Source: Octopus sinensis
Taxonomy: Eukaryota
Length of the DNA stretch: 64,000 nt
NCBI RefSeq assembly: GCF_006345805.1
Contig: NC_043015.1
Span: 37,324,001-37,388,000, forward strand
Reading direction: 5' to 3'
Shown here: piece after piece, positions 27,243 to 41,010 of the stretch
Numbering within the stretch: the first letter of the stretch is position 1
Layout: every line of letters starts with the position of its first letter
Notes under the pieces: model-generated
What the model was told of the DNA's origin: nothing
Seen by the model: only the letters and a program-made list of their open reading frames with translations
The model's database searches: none
Made by a program: the position numbers and the translations under genes

Positions 27243-28589
27243 CAGATGTATCTGTGAAATGTTTGATAGATAACTAACGAATACTGTTGATATCTAAAAG
27301 AGACAAGCACACAAACAAACATTATTATTATAAACGTCTCCACTTTTGATCACCATAGCACCATAGGATGCAAATAAAAGTGACGCGGAATACACTAGAA
27401 AGAGAGCAGAAAACATTTCAGTGGATGTATATAAAAATTGAAAAGGAGATGAGAGGAATGGTAAAGTGAGATAAGTATTGAAAAGAAGCTTGCAATGATA
27501 AACAGAGACCATAAAATTTATGAAGAAAAAAATACAATTAGAATACAAACAGAAAATTTGTGTAAAAAAGTTCTGTAAAAATATCAAATAAAAGCCACGT
27601 TGTATATTTGTAAAGTACAGGGAAATTAATATGATATTCTGGCAAACATCCGGGTATTTATGGTTTCTGCTCATTTATTGTCCTTCATTTTTATTTTAAT
27701 ATATATATTCGCTTAATGTTTTTTCGCGTGCTTTATCTTCCGCCATTTTTGCCCAGATTACTATTACTAAAACCAGCTTAGCAGACATCACATATATACA
27801 TAAACATCGTGTCTATATATATGTACCTATGTATGTTTGTACGTATGTATCTACATATGTATGTACGCATGTATGTGTGTGTCTCGATAGTCGTATCCCT
27901 TTCCAAATACACATATATGTGTATGTGTATGTAAATATATGTATATATACACATACATACATATATACATATATACACATACATATTCACAAAAGACTTT
28001 CCTCCATACATATTCATATATATGTATACATTCACATTTATGTATGTATGTATGTATGTATGTCTGTATGTATATATATTTATATATATATATACACGTA
28101 CACATAAATACCTTTGCAACATACGTGCGTGTGTGTATTTATATCATATATTCTTCAGGTGCAGTTATCAACACATTTATAAATATGTATGTGTATGTCT
28201 GTGTGCGTGTCTGTGTGTGCATGTGTGTATGTCTGTGTGTGTGTCTGTGTGTGCATGTGTGTATGCACGTGTGTGTGTTTGTGAATACAAACATGCATAT
28301 ATGTTTATACTTGGATATTGATGCCTTCATTTGTATGACTACGTGTATGAAAGAAAGAGAGAGAAACAGAAAACAGAGAGTGAGAGGGGGGTAGATGAGA
28401 GATAGACCCTGTACGCATGCGCATGAAATTATATTTCAGTAATTTTTACAACTCTTGTAACCAAATACTTAAAGAAGATTTACATTGAAATACACTCATT
28501 TGCACACATGCATGTTTACATACACCTACACATATATAGATATACATGCACACAAGCTCATCATACACATGCACACGCACACATGCAAG

Positions 28590-28620
<31 letters not shown>

Positions 28621-29269
28621 CTGTGTGTATGTATGTATGTATGCATGTATATATGGTGTGGAAAAGTTAAATGGGCGCAAATTGAAAACTGCAATAACAC
28701 AAAGAACAACAATAATGTGGTACTAACAATAACAACAATATTAACGTCAACAAAATTAAAAAACAGATCGGCAGCTATAAAAAAGCAAAAAACAACAATA
28801 CTTTGTGGATAGAAACAAATAATGGAGAAACTTATTAGAGAATAAGAAATTCAGGCAGTTAACGAACACATCCAACTGACATACGTAAAGACAAACATAT
28901 ATGTACAGAAACGCCATCACCACCGCCTCCAGCGATTACAACAACAACAAAGAACATACATTAGTACCATCGGCGCCACCGCAACCACCACCACCACCAC
29001 CACTGCCTCCACCACCAGAAATGTTTGGCAGTCAATTTGGGGAAGAAATCTAATTCATTTGCACCGTTCAGTCAGCGACCACTCCCCGGACTTCCTTGCT
29101 TACATCAACCAACCTCTTTTTATATCGAGCTCACAAGAGGCCTTGTTCGTGATTGAGGTACAATGGTAGAAAGAACAGCTTAATCTCCCTTAAACCATGC
29201 ATCGGTGCCTTATATTACTTCCCGGCCAATCATTTCGGGGAGGGACTTAAGTCGACTTCAGGAACCCCA

Positions 29270-29410
29270 CTGTCCAATGAGTAAAAAGTTGTCATCGACC
29301 CCGAAAGTATGGTAGAAAACTTCCGACCTCGGCAGGATTTGAACTGTGAACCTACGGTGGAGGAAGTGCTGTTAATAGTATTTTACCCGGCGTCCTGATG
29401 ATTCTTCCAG
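29270..29410 (-). mobile_element. Decayed family-1 SINE
   Basis: TCGACCCCGAAAGTATGG...GACCTCGGCAGGATTTGAAC is the reverse complement of the family core. Confidence 0.65.
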
Positions 29411-29564
29411 ATCACAACTTTATTCGTTTCTTAAAATAATAACAAAATATCTATCTTGATGGTCATGCCTGGAATGTCTTTGGTCATAAGTGGGCTTAAT
29501 AAATTCGTAACTTGAGATGAAGCAAAACAATCAAAATGACAGACACAGTAAGAAACGAAAAGGT

Positions 29565-29730
29565 CTTTTACTTGTTTCAATTTATTAGACTGCGGCCATG
29601 CTGGGGCACCACTTCGAAGAATTTTAGTCGCGCGAATCGACCCTAGTTTTTATGTTTAAAGACTGGTGCTTATTCTATCGTTTTCTATTGCCGAACCGCT
29701 AAGTTACGTGTCCCTGATTAAACAAGAACA
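29565..29730 (-). mobile_element. 3' part of family-2 SINE
   Basis: CTTTTACTTGTTTCA...GACTGCGGCCATGCTGGGGCACC...CTTATTCTATCG...GCCGAACCGCTAAGTTACG is the reverse complement of the tail seen at 36470-36606 and 51420-51590. Confidence 0.8.
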
Positions 29731-30712
29731 ACGCTTATCGTTCTTACCCTTGCAGTTGCATTTGTTCTATTTATTATTATCAGTGCGGTTATCATTTTTT
29801 TCTTTCTTAGCGATGTTGAGGCCACATGTCATCCTTTCTCCCACAAACCTATGGTTAATGTCAATCCAGCGACGACCGTGTCGTGTGGTTTCCTACAGCG
29901 AATCCATTTCCACATATTCTAAATTTTCTCCTCCTTCTAAGACGGTTAGGTGATTCAGTTGCTATTTCTAGTATCTCTAGCGACCTCTAAGTTTCTCCTT
30001 ACCGTCATCAGTAGGAAGATAAATACTCTTTCTCCGATGAATGTGGTTGTCGGAGTGCTAGAAATAGGAGCAAATCTTCCTTAAATTTAAACTTTACCAT
30101 ATTAAATTTAAAATAACAATGACGTATAATAAAATTTGGTTTTTGGATACACTGTTGCTGAACACAAGGCATGATGGTCATGGCTGAAATCGCCTTTGAT
30201 CGTGGATCAAGTAGATTTGGGTTTATTGACGTAGTGCTAAAGAGCAACGATGAAGAAAGTGACACAGTGCCTCAAGTTTCCACAGTGCCTCCTCTACTAA
30301 TGAAAGAATTCAATAAAGATTCCCTATGAGGTTGACTAGTCTGCTAGAAGAAGCAGCCTTTACGTGTTATATATATTTTAGATAAACGAGGCCGTGGAGA
30401 AAGACGATGCGGCTATTGCGTAGCATTCAGGGTTGACCTGGGGTCAAATATCAATATCAAGAGCAACAGCGGCCGTTCAAGTATTTGGACCTGGAGATCT
30501 CTATTTCAAGCGACTTCGAGGGTCACCTCCCTGTGGTGTCGGGCGCCAACGAAGAGCCCTCCACTACAACAAGATGGCCAAATTTTTTTTCCAAGGTCTG
30601 GGGTCTCCTGCCCCTAAGCCCTAGACCATCACCTAATCACCCTTACCCATCTTGTTGCTTAACAACAACAACAACAACAGCAACAGCAACAGCAGCAGTA
30701 GCAGCAACAGCA

Positions 30713-31075
30713 GTGGAGGCGCAATGGCCCAATGGTTAGGGCAGTGGACTCGCGGTCGGAGGATCGCGGTTTCGATTCCCAGACCGGACGTTGTGTGTGT
30801 TTATTGAGCGAAAACACCTCAAGCTCCACGAGGCTCTGGCAGGGGGTGGTGGCGACCCCTGATGTACTCTTTCGCTCCAACTTTCTCTCACTCTTTCTTC
30901 CTGTTTCTTGTCCCCGACTTCCTACGCAACCGCTGAGGCTGGATGCGCATTCATCCATCCGTCGATGCTCTCGGTGTCGGGGGTTGACCTGCTTTCTCTT
31001 CTGCGGGTCTTGCGAATAGCAAAGGACCACGTTTCCGACTTCTCCCATTCTGGGATGAAGACTGCTTCGCTCAAC
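30713..31075 (+). mobile_element. tRNA-derived SINE (family 3, GGAGGCGCAATGGCCC head)
   Basis: tRNA-like head TGGCCCAATGGTTAGGGCAG...GGTTTCGATTCCC; strongly similar to 52383-52680. Confidence 0.85.
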
Positions 31076-32859
31076 AGGAACAGTAGCAACAGCAACAGCA
31101 GCAACTACAACACAAAGTTTAGTATGGTAAAGAGAACGATAAGAAATACTGTTAGTAACATCTGTGAACTACAAGAATACCATCTGCACCAACGGTAGCA
31201 TCACAACCATCACCGCCACCACCACCACCACCACCACCACCACTATTAACAACAGTAGTAACAACATCCCCACCACCGCCACTGCCACAGTGACCGTCGA
31301 CGTCACAGCATTGAACACTTCCACCGTCGCCACCAAAACTGCAGTTAACAGCATCAGCTCCACCACCACCACCACCACCACTACCACCACCACCACCTGC
31401 CGGAGCAACCACGAAGCAAAACTTACATAATACCAGACTACGATATCGTTATCCTCCTTTGTTAACAACAACAACAACAGCAACAATAACGACGACAACA
31501 ATGACATCAACATCAGCAACAAATAACTGACATGGCTACTGTTACAAATGCCATTTCGTTCCTTAGCAACAAGGAATTTTCTCCCCCACCCCTCCCTCCC
31601 ACTCCACTGTTATATTGAAACCCAAAATATTTGGATATTTCATTGGTTCTTATCAGAGAAACAAGGCCAACCTCTGCAGAGGCGGGTGACGGTGGCGGGT
31701 AGAATGAAGGGTATCAACGAACAATATACGTCTCCACCCTTAACAAACGCCGTCAATTTCACTAAACTCCAGTTTCATTCCCAGCAGCCAACAGTCTGGT
31801 CGTTAACCTTAAAACCACATTCCAAACATGTCACCTTCTTTGTAAAAGGCAACCAGCCTCAGAGGGCCACGTGGCATCTGAACGTGCAGTTGGACTCAGC
31901 ACGTCTATGAAGCTTTTGTTCTTGGTCTTGTTCTTGTTGTTATTTTTGTTTCTTTCCTTCCTGAACTGCTAACAACCAGACCAGGCTACAAGTTCAGCAT
32001 CTTTGAAAAAGGCTTCTTTATTGATGGTTTCAATATAAATTTTCTGCTACAGATCTCAGACGAGAGTTCTCTACAGAACTTTCGATCTGGTAACCGATTA
32101 TAGGAAACACGATTCTATTTACGATCGATTCGCCCTGCTCATATGCCGGGGTCACGACCAGAGTTTCATGCAGAGAAAGTATCATCATCATCATCATCAT
32201 CGCCATCATCATCATCGTCGTCATCGTCGTCATCGTCGTCGTTCTACGCCGCCACCTCTTCCACTTCCTCCTCCACCTCCACCACCATTACCTCCTCGTC
32301 CTTTTCCTCCACAACCAACAACAACACATTCACACCAAAGATTCATTCATCACTTCGTACAACTCACAAATCGCGATATGTGTTCATATGTGTTCAAGCA
32401 GAGTTGGGTGAAGACATTCACCCTTGATTTCTAGGGTCATAGTGGATCTGCAGGATTTCTTGATTGGCTCAGGGCGAATATCCTCGAATCGGGACCTTTC
32501 TATCTAGTCTCGTGAATCATGACGCTTTTGATGAATGCTGTTTGATGTCTCTTCAGATTTTGGGGCTAATGTTTCTGTAATTGGCATTTGCACATCATTC
32601 TTGCAGCATAGCAAACAAAGAAATCCTCCTCATCATCATCATCACCATGATCATCACCGTCCTCTTCATCATCGTCGTCATCGTCGTCGTCGTTCACCGC
32701 CACCCTCTCTTCCACATCCTTCTCATCCACCTCCAGAACTATCACCTCCTCCTCCTCCACCGCCACCCTCTCTTCCTCATCCTCCTCATACTCTACATAA
32801 TCTTCATACTCCCCTTCCTCCTCCTCCTCCTCCTCATCATCATTATCATCATCATCAAA

Positions 32860-33625
32860 TTCTCTCTGTAGCCCCCATTTTTCGCACAGTTTCCAATTTT
32901 GCACTTTTGTTATCTGGTCGTGTCGCCACAACTTGTACTGGTTTTGGATAAGTCCAGAGCATTCGTTCGTGATATGAAAAATGGTTTCATCCACTCTATT
33001 ACAGATGCGGCACAACAGAGACACTTGCTCATTCCTAAGGTCGACCTTCCAGTTTTCGGCCAAACTTTGGTCTTGTGCTGCCAGTATGATGCTCTCAGTT
33101 TCTTTGTTCAGGGCTTTTTCTCAGCCAACCCCACAAAAGTTATCCAACAACTTCTGCTGTGGCTTCATGGAATTGATTGTGTGATCCCACTTTGCCTAAT
33201 GCTTCTTTATGTCCTTTTTGTACTTCATTTATTTTTCCTCCCCTTTCAATACTCCCTCATCCAAACTGACACCAGTAAGGCTTCCTTACTTGCGACAGGT
33301 ATTTAATTTAACTCTCGAGTTCAATACGTACTCAATCTTCCACACTTAACGGTCCCTTTCTTCCATTTGCTCTCTTCATATATAGGCGACCAATGTCTGC
33401 ACGCAGATGATGGCCCCTATGCATCGTTAGGAATCTTTTGTCTTCTTGTCCAACTCCTTTAGCTCCTCTTCTGTCCACTTCAGGGTTCCAGTGTTCTACC
33501 AAACTACGGCTATTGCGCGCGAGTTTATTGCCTAAATTTTGTGTCTGGCATTCAGGTTTGAAGCCAATATTTTTCTCACTTGCTGCAGGAAGTCTTTCTG
33601 TCTTTTTTTTTCCATATCGTTGTGA
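32860..33625 (-). mobile_element. R4/Dong-type (RLE) LINE fragment: RT thumb to CCHC zinc knuckle
   Basis: Minus-strand translation across stops gives QQVRKILASNLNARHKI*AINSRAIAVV..KWTEEELKELDKKT, ADIGRLYMKRANGRKG, ETESIILAAQDQ and CRICNRVDETIFHITNECSGLIQNQYKLWRHD..WKLCEKWGL. Confidence 0.9.
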
Positions 33626-34064
33626 TTAATTCATTCTGTGCACCACTACGAATGCACCAACCGGTGCTGCTGATGCTACAACGGTTTATGCTCTATCTAA
33701 AGAACTTTATTATCGTTTTCATAATAAACATAGAAATTATTGTTTTACCTTTCATATTATTGTTGGCAAATATATCCACAATGTATACTTGCCATAACTA
33801 CATAGTTCATCGTAATCAAACAGATGTTAGACACAAATCGCTGAGAGAAGCTAGTAATCAGATCTAAATGTCCTGGGTTAGTATTGAACCTGAAACCTAG
33901 AGCAAAACCAAAACATTTTTGCATGTCCAAGCCTCTTCTGCATGTGACAATAATTGATGCGTATATAGCAAGTTCAACTAATTAATTAGCAAGTTTACTG
34001 ACACATCTTTTCAGAGTAATCAACGTCAATGGATGTTCGATGATTCTTCGAAAGTATGCCGAGT

Positions 34065-34112
34065 TCAGTCATTCGGTCATCCGGTCATTCGGTCATTCGG
34101 TCATTCAGTCAT
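34065..34112. repeat. 8-bp tandem repeat (TCGGTCAT) x6
   Basis: tcagtcat tcggtcat ccggtcat tcggtcat tcggtcat tcagtcat. Confidence 0.9.
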
Positions 34113-34624
34113 GCAAACATTTGTGTTCGGTTAATTTAAAAATTTAGCAGATAATTAAAGACAAAAACAGGAGCGAATTTTATTCAACATTTAAAAGGCA
34201 AAATACTTTATTCACGAGTACACACGCAAAAGGAATGACGTCGGTGAGAAAGAAAAAAGAGAAAGAGAGAGGTGGAGAGAGAATGAATTGAGCATAAATG
34301 AAATGTATAAGACGAAAGAAGGAGAGAATGAATTACAAACGAAGGAGGAAGGAAAGAGGATATGAAAATAGAGTCCATTAAGATAATGGATTTTAGTGTC
34401 TATTGTATGTTTTTGTTGTTACGTTTTGGCATTTTTTATTCTATTTTATCTTATATCAGAAGAAATAATATTAATTGATTGTGATCCATCGTAAATGTAA
34501 GAATAACGAAAACGAAATACACAATTAGCAACAAGAAGAATTACAGCACCATTCCTAATGACAAAAACCTTACACACCTTTAAAGGATGTACTTATTAAA
34601 TTATGCTTCATACATACACACACA

Positions 34625-34703
<79 letters not shown>

Positions 34704-35264
34704 TGTGTTAGGTAAAAATACTACTTTAATAACGGGAAGGCGATGACGACGCAGGATAAACAAGAAGAAAAAAGGGAGAAACCGTGGTAAAAGCCAAGAA
34801 GAAGGAGAAGCGAAAATTAACCATCAGAGCGCTCAGTACTCCACACCTCGCGTCAGACTAATCACAAGGAAATGACACACAACGGCGAAAAGAAAACCAT
34901 AAAAGCTAAACTATTATATTACTTATCAGAAGATATCTCTACTAAATTGATATAAAATGAGATTCTGGCTCTCTTTTCTTCCTTCGCTGGTTTCTTTCCT
35001 TCTTTATTTTTTTCTTTCTTCTCTTTCTCTAATCTTATCTTAATGGCGTCACTCTTTATTAAGAACTACGTCGAACGGGAGCTAAAAAAATACCGATGTA
35101 CAAACAGTAGTATATCCAAATATACTCACAGGCATTCATACATGCGTGTGTATATATATATATATATATATCTGTGTGTGTGTGTATTTGTGTGAATGTG
35201 CGTGTGCATAAGCATGTGTACGTGTGTGTGTACATACTAACACACTCACATATATATATATACA

Positions 35265-35303
<39 letters not shown>

Positions 35304-35707
35304 ACACAAAGATTTCGATAAGATATAATTTGTATGTCTATGTGAAATACCAAAACATATGTAGATAGATATACATCTAGAGATAAAATTATATCTAAAT
35401 ATATAGAGGAAGATAGACATAAACACACACACAACACACATATATATATAGACAAAGGGAAGGAAATCTGTATGAAAAACGAAACATGTATAATGTATGA
35501 AAAATGTGTGTTATTAAATCAATAATGATTAGCTAATATGGTTGATATTAACAGAAATGGAACTTGTCAAAACAAGAGATGATAAACGGGAGTAAGTAAA
35601 ACACCAACCGTTTTGACATGAAAGTATTTTGCGGAGTCTCACATATTAATATACGAGACATATGTCATAAAAACATATGTACACATAAATACGTATGTCT
35701 CTCTCTC

Positions 35708-35813
<106 letters not shown>

Positions 35814-35831
35814 ATATATATATATTATATA

Positions 35832-35873
<42 letters not shown>

Positions 35874-35939
35874 CGTATCTATGTATGTTCTTATATATAC
35901 ATCTATATCAATATATGTATATCTACATGCATTATATGC

Positions 35940-35970
<31 letters not shown>

Positions 35971-36075
35971 ATATGTATGTATATATATATACGTATCTAT
36001 GTATGTTCTTATATATACATCTATATCAATATATGTATATCTACATGCATTATTTGCATATATGTATACATACAT

Positions 36076-36133
<58 letters not shown>

Positions 36134-36139
36134 TACATA

Positions 36140-36268
36140 GGTGGAGGAGTGGCTGTGTGGTAAGTACCTTGCTTCCCAACCGTATGGTCTGAGTTCAGTC
36201 CCACTTTGGGGCAACTGTCTTTTAGTATTGCCTCTGCCCGACCAAAGCCTTGTGAGTCGATTTGGTGC

Positions 36269-36334
<66 letters not shown>

Positions 36335-36392
36335 GTGTGGTTTGAGTGTTTCTATGTATGAATACATATATATAGATACATACATATGCCTG

Positions 36393-36431
<39 letters not shown>

Positions 36432-36606
36432 ATGCATCTGTGTGTCTGTGGTTGTTCCCCCCAAATCACTTGACAACCGATGTTGGTGTGTTTACGTCCC
36501 GAAACTTTGTGGTTAGGCAAAAGAGACCGATAGAATAAGTACTAAGCTTACAAAGAAGTCCATGGTTCGATCTGTTCGACAAAAAGTGGTGCTCTAGCAT
36601 GGCCAT
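36140..36606 (+). mobile_element. Family-2 tRNA-SINE with an internal expanded (TA)n/(TG)n microsatellite
   Basis: Head GGAGGAGTGGCTGTGTGGTAAG...GAGTTCAGTCCC, microsatellite at 36270-36445, and tail TTGACAACCGATGTTGGTGTGTTTACGTCCC...CTAGCATGGCC. Confidence 0.85.
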
Positions 36607-36944
36607 CGGAGAGAGAGAGAGAGGGGAAGAAGGAGAGACAGAGGAACAAATTAGAAAATAATGTGCACGGCTGACAGAGGAGGAGAGAATGGGAGAGAGT
36701 GAATATAGAGAAGAGGAAAGTAAGTAGGAGTGTGTTTTGGGGGTTTGTGAAGGACGGGAAAAGAAAGAGGAAAGAAGTTTGAGAGGTTGGGGGAAGTAAA
36801 GGAGGTGTGGCTTTCGTATCAACGTGGTGAGGCATGTTTCATTGTCGTTTGTTTTCCACTTTGTGACAATTTTTTCTTGGGGGGGGGTAAAAGGTATTTT
36901 TGTAGTCAAGTGGTCAAAGTTTCCAATTGGAAAAACCAAATGTT

Positions 36945-37260
36945 GGTTTTGGTTTTCTCCAGTAATAATTATAATTACATTGCAAGGTCTTGTTTTTATT
37001 TATTCTTTTGTATTCATTCATGTAAGTGTGTGTGTGTGTGGGGGGATAATGGTTGTATGGATGCGGTCAATGTCTTAATTTAAAATCCCTGATGTTTTTT
37101 GAGTTAGCCGTGTTTCGCTACGTTTTTGCAAGAGTGTTTTTAAGTAAGTATAGTTGTGATTTTAAATGCGATCTGAAAAATGTTTACGCGTGGAAAAGTG
37201 TTTCTAAACATGATCTGAATTTACTGTAAAAAATCATATGTATGATCGGATTTTAAAAAC
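36945..37260 (+). repeat. Unclassified dispersed repeat, copy B
   Basis: Collinear similarity to 8925-9250. Confidence 0.75.
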
Positions 37261-37414
37261 ATATACATTTCTTACGTGAACATATTCACAATTTTAAATG
37301 CAATCTAGATCAAAAGATCAGAATCTACAAACCATAAGGAATCTCATAAATATAATCTGAATTGGGGGGAATGGCTACACACACACACACATATATATAT
37401 ACAATACATGTGTG

Positions 37415-37450
<36 letters not shown>

Positions 37451-37524
37451 TAGAGAGAGCGAGAGAGACATGTATGTATGTACGTACATATGTATGTATG
37501 TATCTATGTATGTACGTATGTATA

Positions 37525-38100
37525 CAGGGTGCGGTGAATATTTTGTCGTCTAAATTACACAAAAATGAAAACAACACTGACATGTAATTTCCACAGATAT
37601 ATTTATCAAAATTACATAAAAATACATTCAAATACTGAAGAGTAAATTTATGCAATAAACTCTTCATTAACTTCAACCACCACGGCCTCCAGACGACTTC
37701 GGAATCTCCTGCAACTCTTCTGGACGGTCTCCTTGTTTAAGTTGGTGAATGCTACCACAATCTTTGCCCTCAGTTCGTCTTTAGTGTTACAAGTTTTGTT
37801 GGTCTCTTGCTCAACTGCATCCCGCACGTTGCTGTCTGGGGAGTTAGGTGGCCAGATGTTAGGGATGACATGGTCGCATAGATTGTCTGACAGACATGAC
37901 TGGGTTCTCCTGCTCGTATGGCATGGGGCAGGGTTGTGTTGCCAGGCATAAGATCTTCTAGCAGGCATCCCCGCTTCACCCAGGGCAGCACTACCTCCTC
38001 TAGGCAATTGATGTAAGCCTCCGTGTTGAGTGTGAGGCCCTGTGAGAATATGAATGGAGGCACAGCTAGTGTTCACTCCAAACACCATGATGTTGACCGG
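37525..38100 (-). mobile_element. Tc1/mariner transposon 3' half (DDE-domain remnant plus TIR)
   Basis: Translations MPPFIFSQGLTLNTEAYINCLEEVVLPWV and WQHNPAPCHTSRRTQ..IWPPNSPD..FRSRLEAVV. TIR TA|CAGGGTGCG at 37523-37533. The catalytic region is frameshifted and deleted. Confidence 0.9.
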
Positions 38101-38104
38101 ATGT

Positions 38105-38265
38105 TTGATTTCCTTCCTCTCCTAATGTCAGTGGCCCACTTTAGCATTGTTGATAAACCAGGGAAGCGTCATCTCCTAATGTAACAGCCATGTCAGCATG
38201 AATTCCTTACGGGCTTAACCCCTTTTTCTGCAGGGATTTGAGAAGACTACCATACCAAACTTTTG
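38105..38265 (-). mobile_element. mariner transposase N-terminal HTH fragment
   Basis: Minus-strand reading LQKKGLSP*GIHADMAVTLGDDAS..KWATDIRRGR; same family as 40680-41010. Confidence 0.7.
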
Positions 38266-38466
38266 ACCATTTTTTAAAAAGAGGTCGCCCCCAATTATTT
38301 CTAAGTCATCTTTGAACGCTTGAATATCAGTTTACTTGCAAAGAAACTGTGCAGGTTTTAATAAGGAGAGATTTTTACCGTTCTAGCTCATTCGTAGTGA
38401 GCCTAAAACCTTTTCAACCCACATTCGTATATATATGTATATATGTGTATATGTACATGAATATGC

Positions 38467-38516
<50 letters not shown>

Positions 38517-39823
38517 GTATGTGTGTATATGTGTGTGTATATTTATGTATGCATATTTATGTATGCATATTTATGTATGCATATATGTAGATAGACTGAT
38601 AGATAGATAACATATAAGTCTACATGAATTTGTTTAAGAATTAGTGGATCAGTGGTGAATCTATTTCTTTGCATTTACTTGCATCATGGAGAAAATAATG
38701 AAGTCGAGAAAAACAAAGGTGATGCCTAGCGCCATCTTCTGTATAAGAATATAAACATGTTTAACTGTAGCTCTATTGCTCCTGAAGCAAAGAGCGTGTG
38801 TCTGCGTGGTTACAAGATTTACTAGATATAGCAACTAACTTTGGCAGAGATATAGCCTCGAATTTTAAAACAAAGATTTATCGTGTGATGAATTTCTAGA
38901 TAAATACGACGAGATAATCACTGCTGAAAGACCTTTGATCATACGTTAGATCGATCATGGATCTGTTGGATCTCTATAACAACAACATTAACACCACGTG
39001 TTACCTTGGGGCCACATTGAAAGCCTGTTGTTTATAACAGCATAAAATATCCAATATGCAAGAAATTTATTTGCCGAAGCTCTTAGAATATTAATCTCCC
39101 TCGTCAATAGATACTTTGAAGCAATTCCCATTGTTCAGAAACGTACGGATGAACTGTTTTAGTAAAACTCTTTGAAACATCATGCGAAACATCAGATAAT
39201 TGATGTTCTTATCCATAAAAGTCTTCAACAAGAACTTCGCAAATATTTCACATTTCAAAGCGAAGCATTGTGTTATTGCAAATGTTATAATGGATGACGC
39301 TTTCCGGATGCTAAGCATCCAGAAATCTTCATCCGTTATATTATTTCAACTTGTTATTGTACAGTACATGCAATACATACAAATATGGGAAACACCAATG
39401 TTTAAGACGGTGGCTACATGGCCACATGGTTAGAACGTTGGATAGAATACTCTTCCATATTTATTTCAATTTTCTATGCTCTAAGTTCAAATGCCACCGA
39501 AATCAAATTTAAGTTATATCCTATTAGAGTGTGGCTTGACAGCACTGTTAGATGTTTCGAAAGATGCGTTGCCTCATTACTTCCAGCTATATGCTTTTTG
39601 CCTGCGTTGAAAATGTTGCCAAGCTCTATCAGTCCTTTGCCCGGGGGAAACTTCGGTGGATTAGATAGGCATAACTCGTTTACATGGACAGATGCACTCT
39701 TTCTCAAAAAATTGGACCAGCCTACACATGCAAGCATCATTCACTAACAGCAACTTTCCATATACTTTTTCCAAGCAATAATTAATACAAACATTTTAGA
39801 TTAGATCTTGACGTAATTATATT

Positions 39824-40200
39824 CACAGGTTGTGTGATAAGAAGTTCGCTTCAAAATCCACATGGTTCCGTGTTCAGTCCCATTGCATGGGATGCTCGAC
39901 AAGTGTCTTTTACAAAAGTCTCGGGTGCCAAAGGGATTTGGCAAACGGAAACTATAATAAACCCGTCCTATATATCTACGTGAGTCTCTCTGCCCGCGTT
40001 TATCTCCTGCCACAGCTTGACAACCGGTGTTGGTGTCTTTACGCCCCCGTAACCTAGTGCTTCAGCACAACAACCGATAGATAAATAGATAGATGAATTT
40101 CTTGGCTTATAGTAAATATATTAGAGTCGATTCTCACGGCTAACATTTTCCAAGGTCGCGTCCCTGGATGGCCGCAGTCTAATGACTGAAACAAGTACAA
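39824..40200 (+). mobile_element. Decayed family-2 SINE
   Basis: GGTTGTGTGATAAGAAG...GTTCAGTCCC...TTGACAACCGGTGTTGGTG...ATGGCCGCAGTCTAATGACTGAAACAAG. Confidence 0.8.
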
Positions 40201-40236
40201 TATATATACGGAGAAAGAGAGTGAGACAGCGACATT

Positions 40237-40289
<53 letters not shown>

Positions 40290-40679
40290 CGTGGGAGTAC
40301 GTGGGTGTGTGTCCAAACTGTTCAATTTCTCTTCTGGGGAAGAGAACAGAAAGGCCGAATGAAAAAGTGAAAGAAAGAATTGAAAGCAGTATAGAACTGG
40401 TATTTTATAGATCGAGCCTTGGTAATTCGAATTCAGAGTGCAGAGAGCCGGAATGATTAGGTGAAGCTATGCATCCTGCGATACACACACACGCACACAC
40501 ATACCAACAAAATAACATACATACGTATTGGGTCATTCCAATAGTGCGGCTGTTTTATACTTCTTCTATTTTTCAAAATTAAAATAAGCAAACTTCTTTT
40601 TAAAATCTAAAATATACTCTCCTTCATTTCGTACAATGCTCTTCTATCTATCTGGTAGACTTGCAAGGTCCCCCTTCCA

Positions 40680-41010
40680 AAATTCACTTGTCCGTGACGA
40701 TAAAATACTCCACCAGTACTGTTCTGACCTCATCTACAGAATTCGTATTTTTTTCTGTCGTGTGTCTGGTGGTGGTGGTGGTGGTGGTTGTGGTTGTGGT
40801 GGTGGTTGTGGTGGTAGGTGCAGGACGTCTGAATCCTGGCTCATCTTCAAGACTATTCCTTTCCCTACTAAATTCAGCTTCCACAGTTGTTAAAGCTGAT
40901 GCATCATCCCCTAATGTAGCAGCCGTGTCAGCGTGAATGTCATTGGGGCCTAATCCGTTTCTCTGCAGAGACATAAGTCTACATTTGCAACTCATGTCCA
41001 TTTTCAAGAA
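40680..41010 (-). mobile_element. mariner transposase N-terminal fragment with an internal (GGT)n expansion
   Basis: ORF 40684-41061 reads LQRNGLGPNDIHADTAATLGDDASALTTV..EFSRERNSLEDEPG.RRP.(T)n..EKNTNSVDEV, the mariner HTH/linker motif (SLEDxxRSGRPxT). Confidence 0.8.

Noticed and set aside
30465-30610. FKYLDLEISISSD, resembling a LINE RT FKYLG motif
   Set aside because: It is a single short motif with no supporting neighbours.
30713-30790. tRNA-like sequences here and at 52383, 54060-54130 and 17463
   Set aside because: They continue into SINE bodies and lack a proper cloverleaf or acceptor stem, so they are SINE heads rather than tRNA genes.
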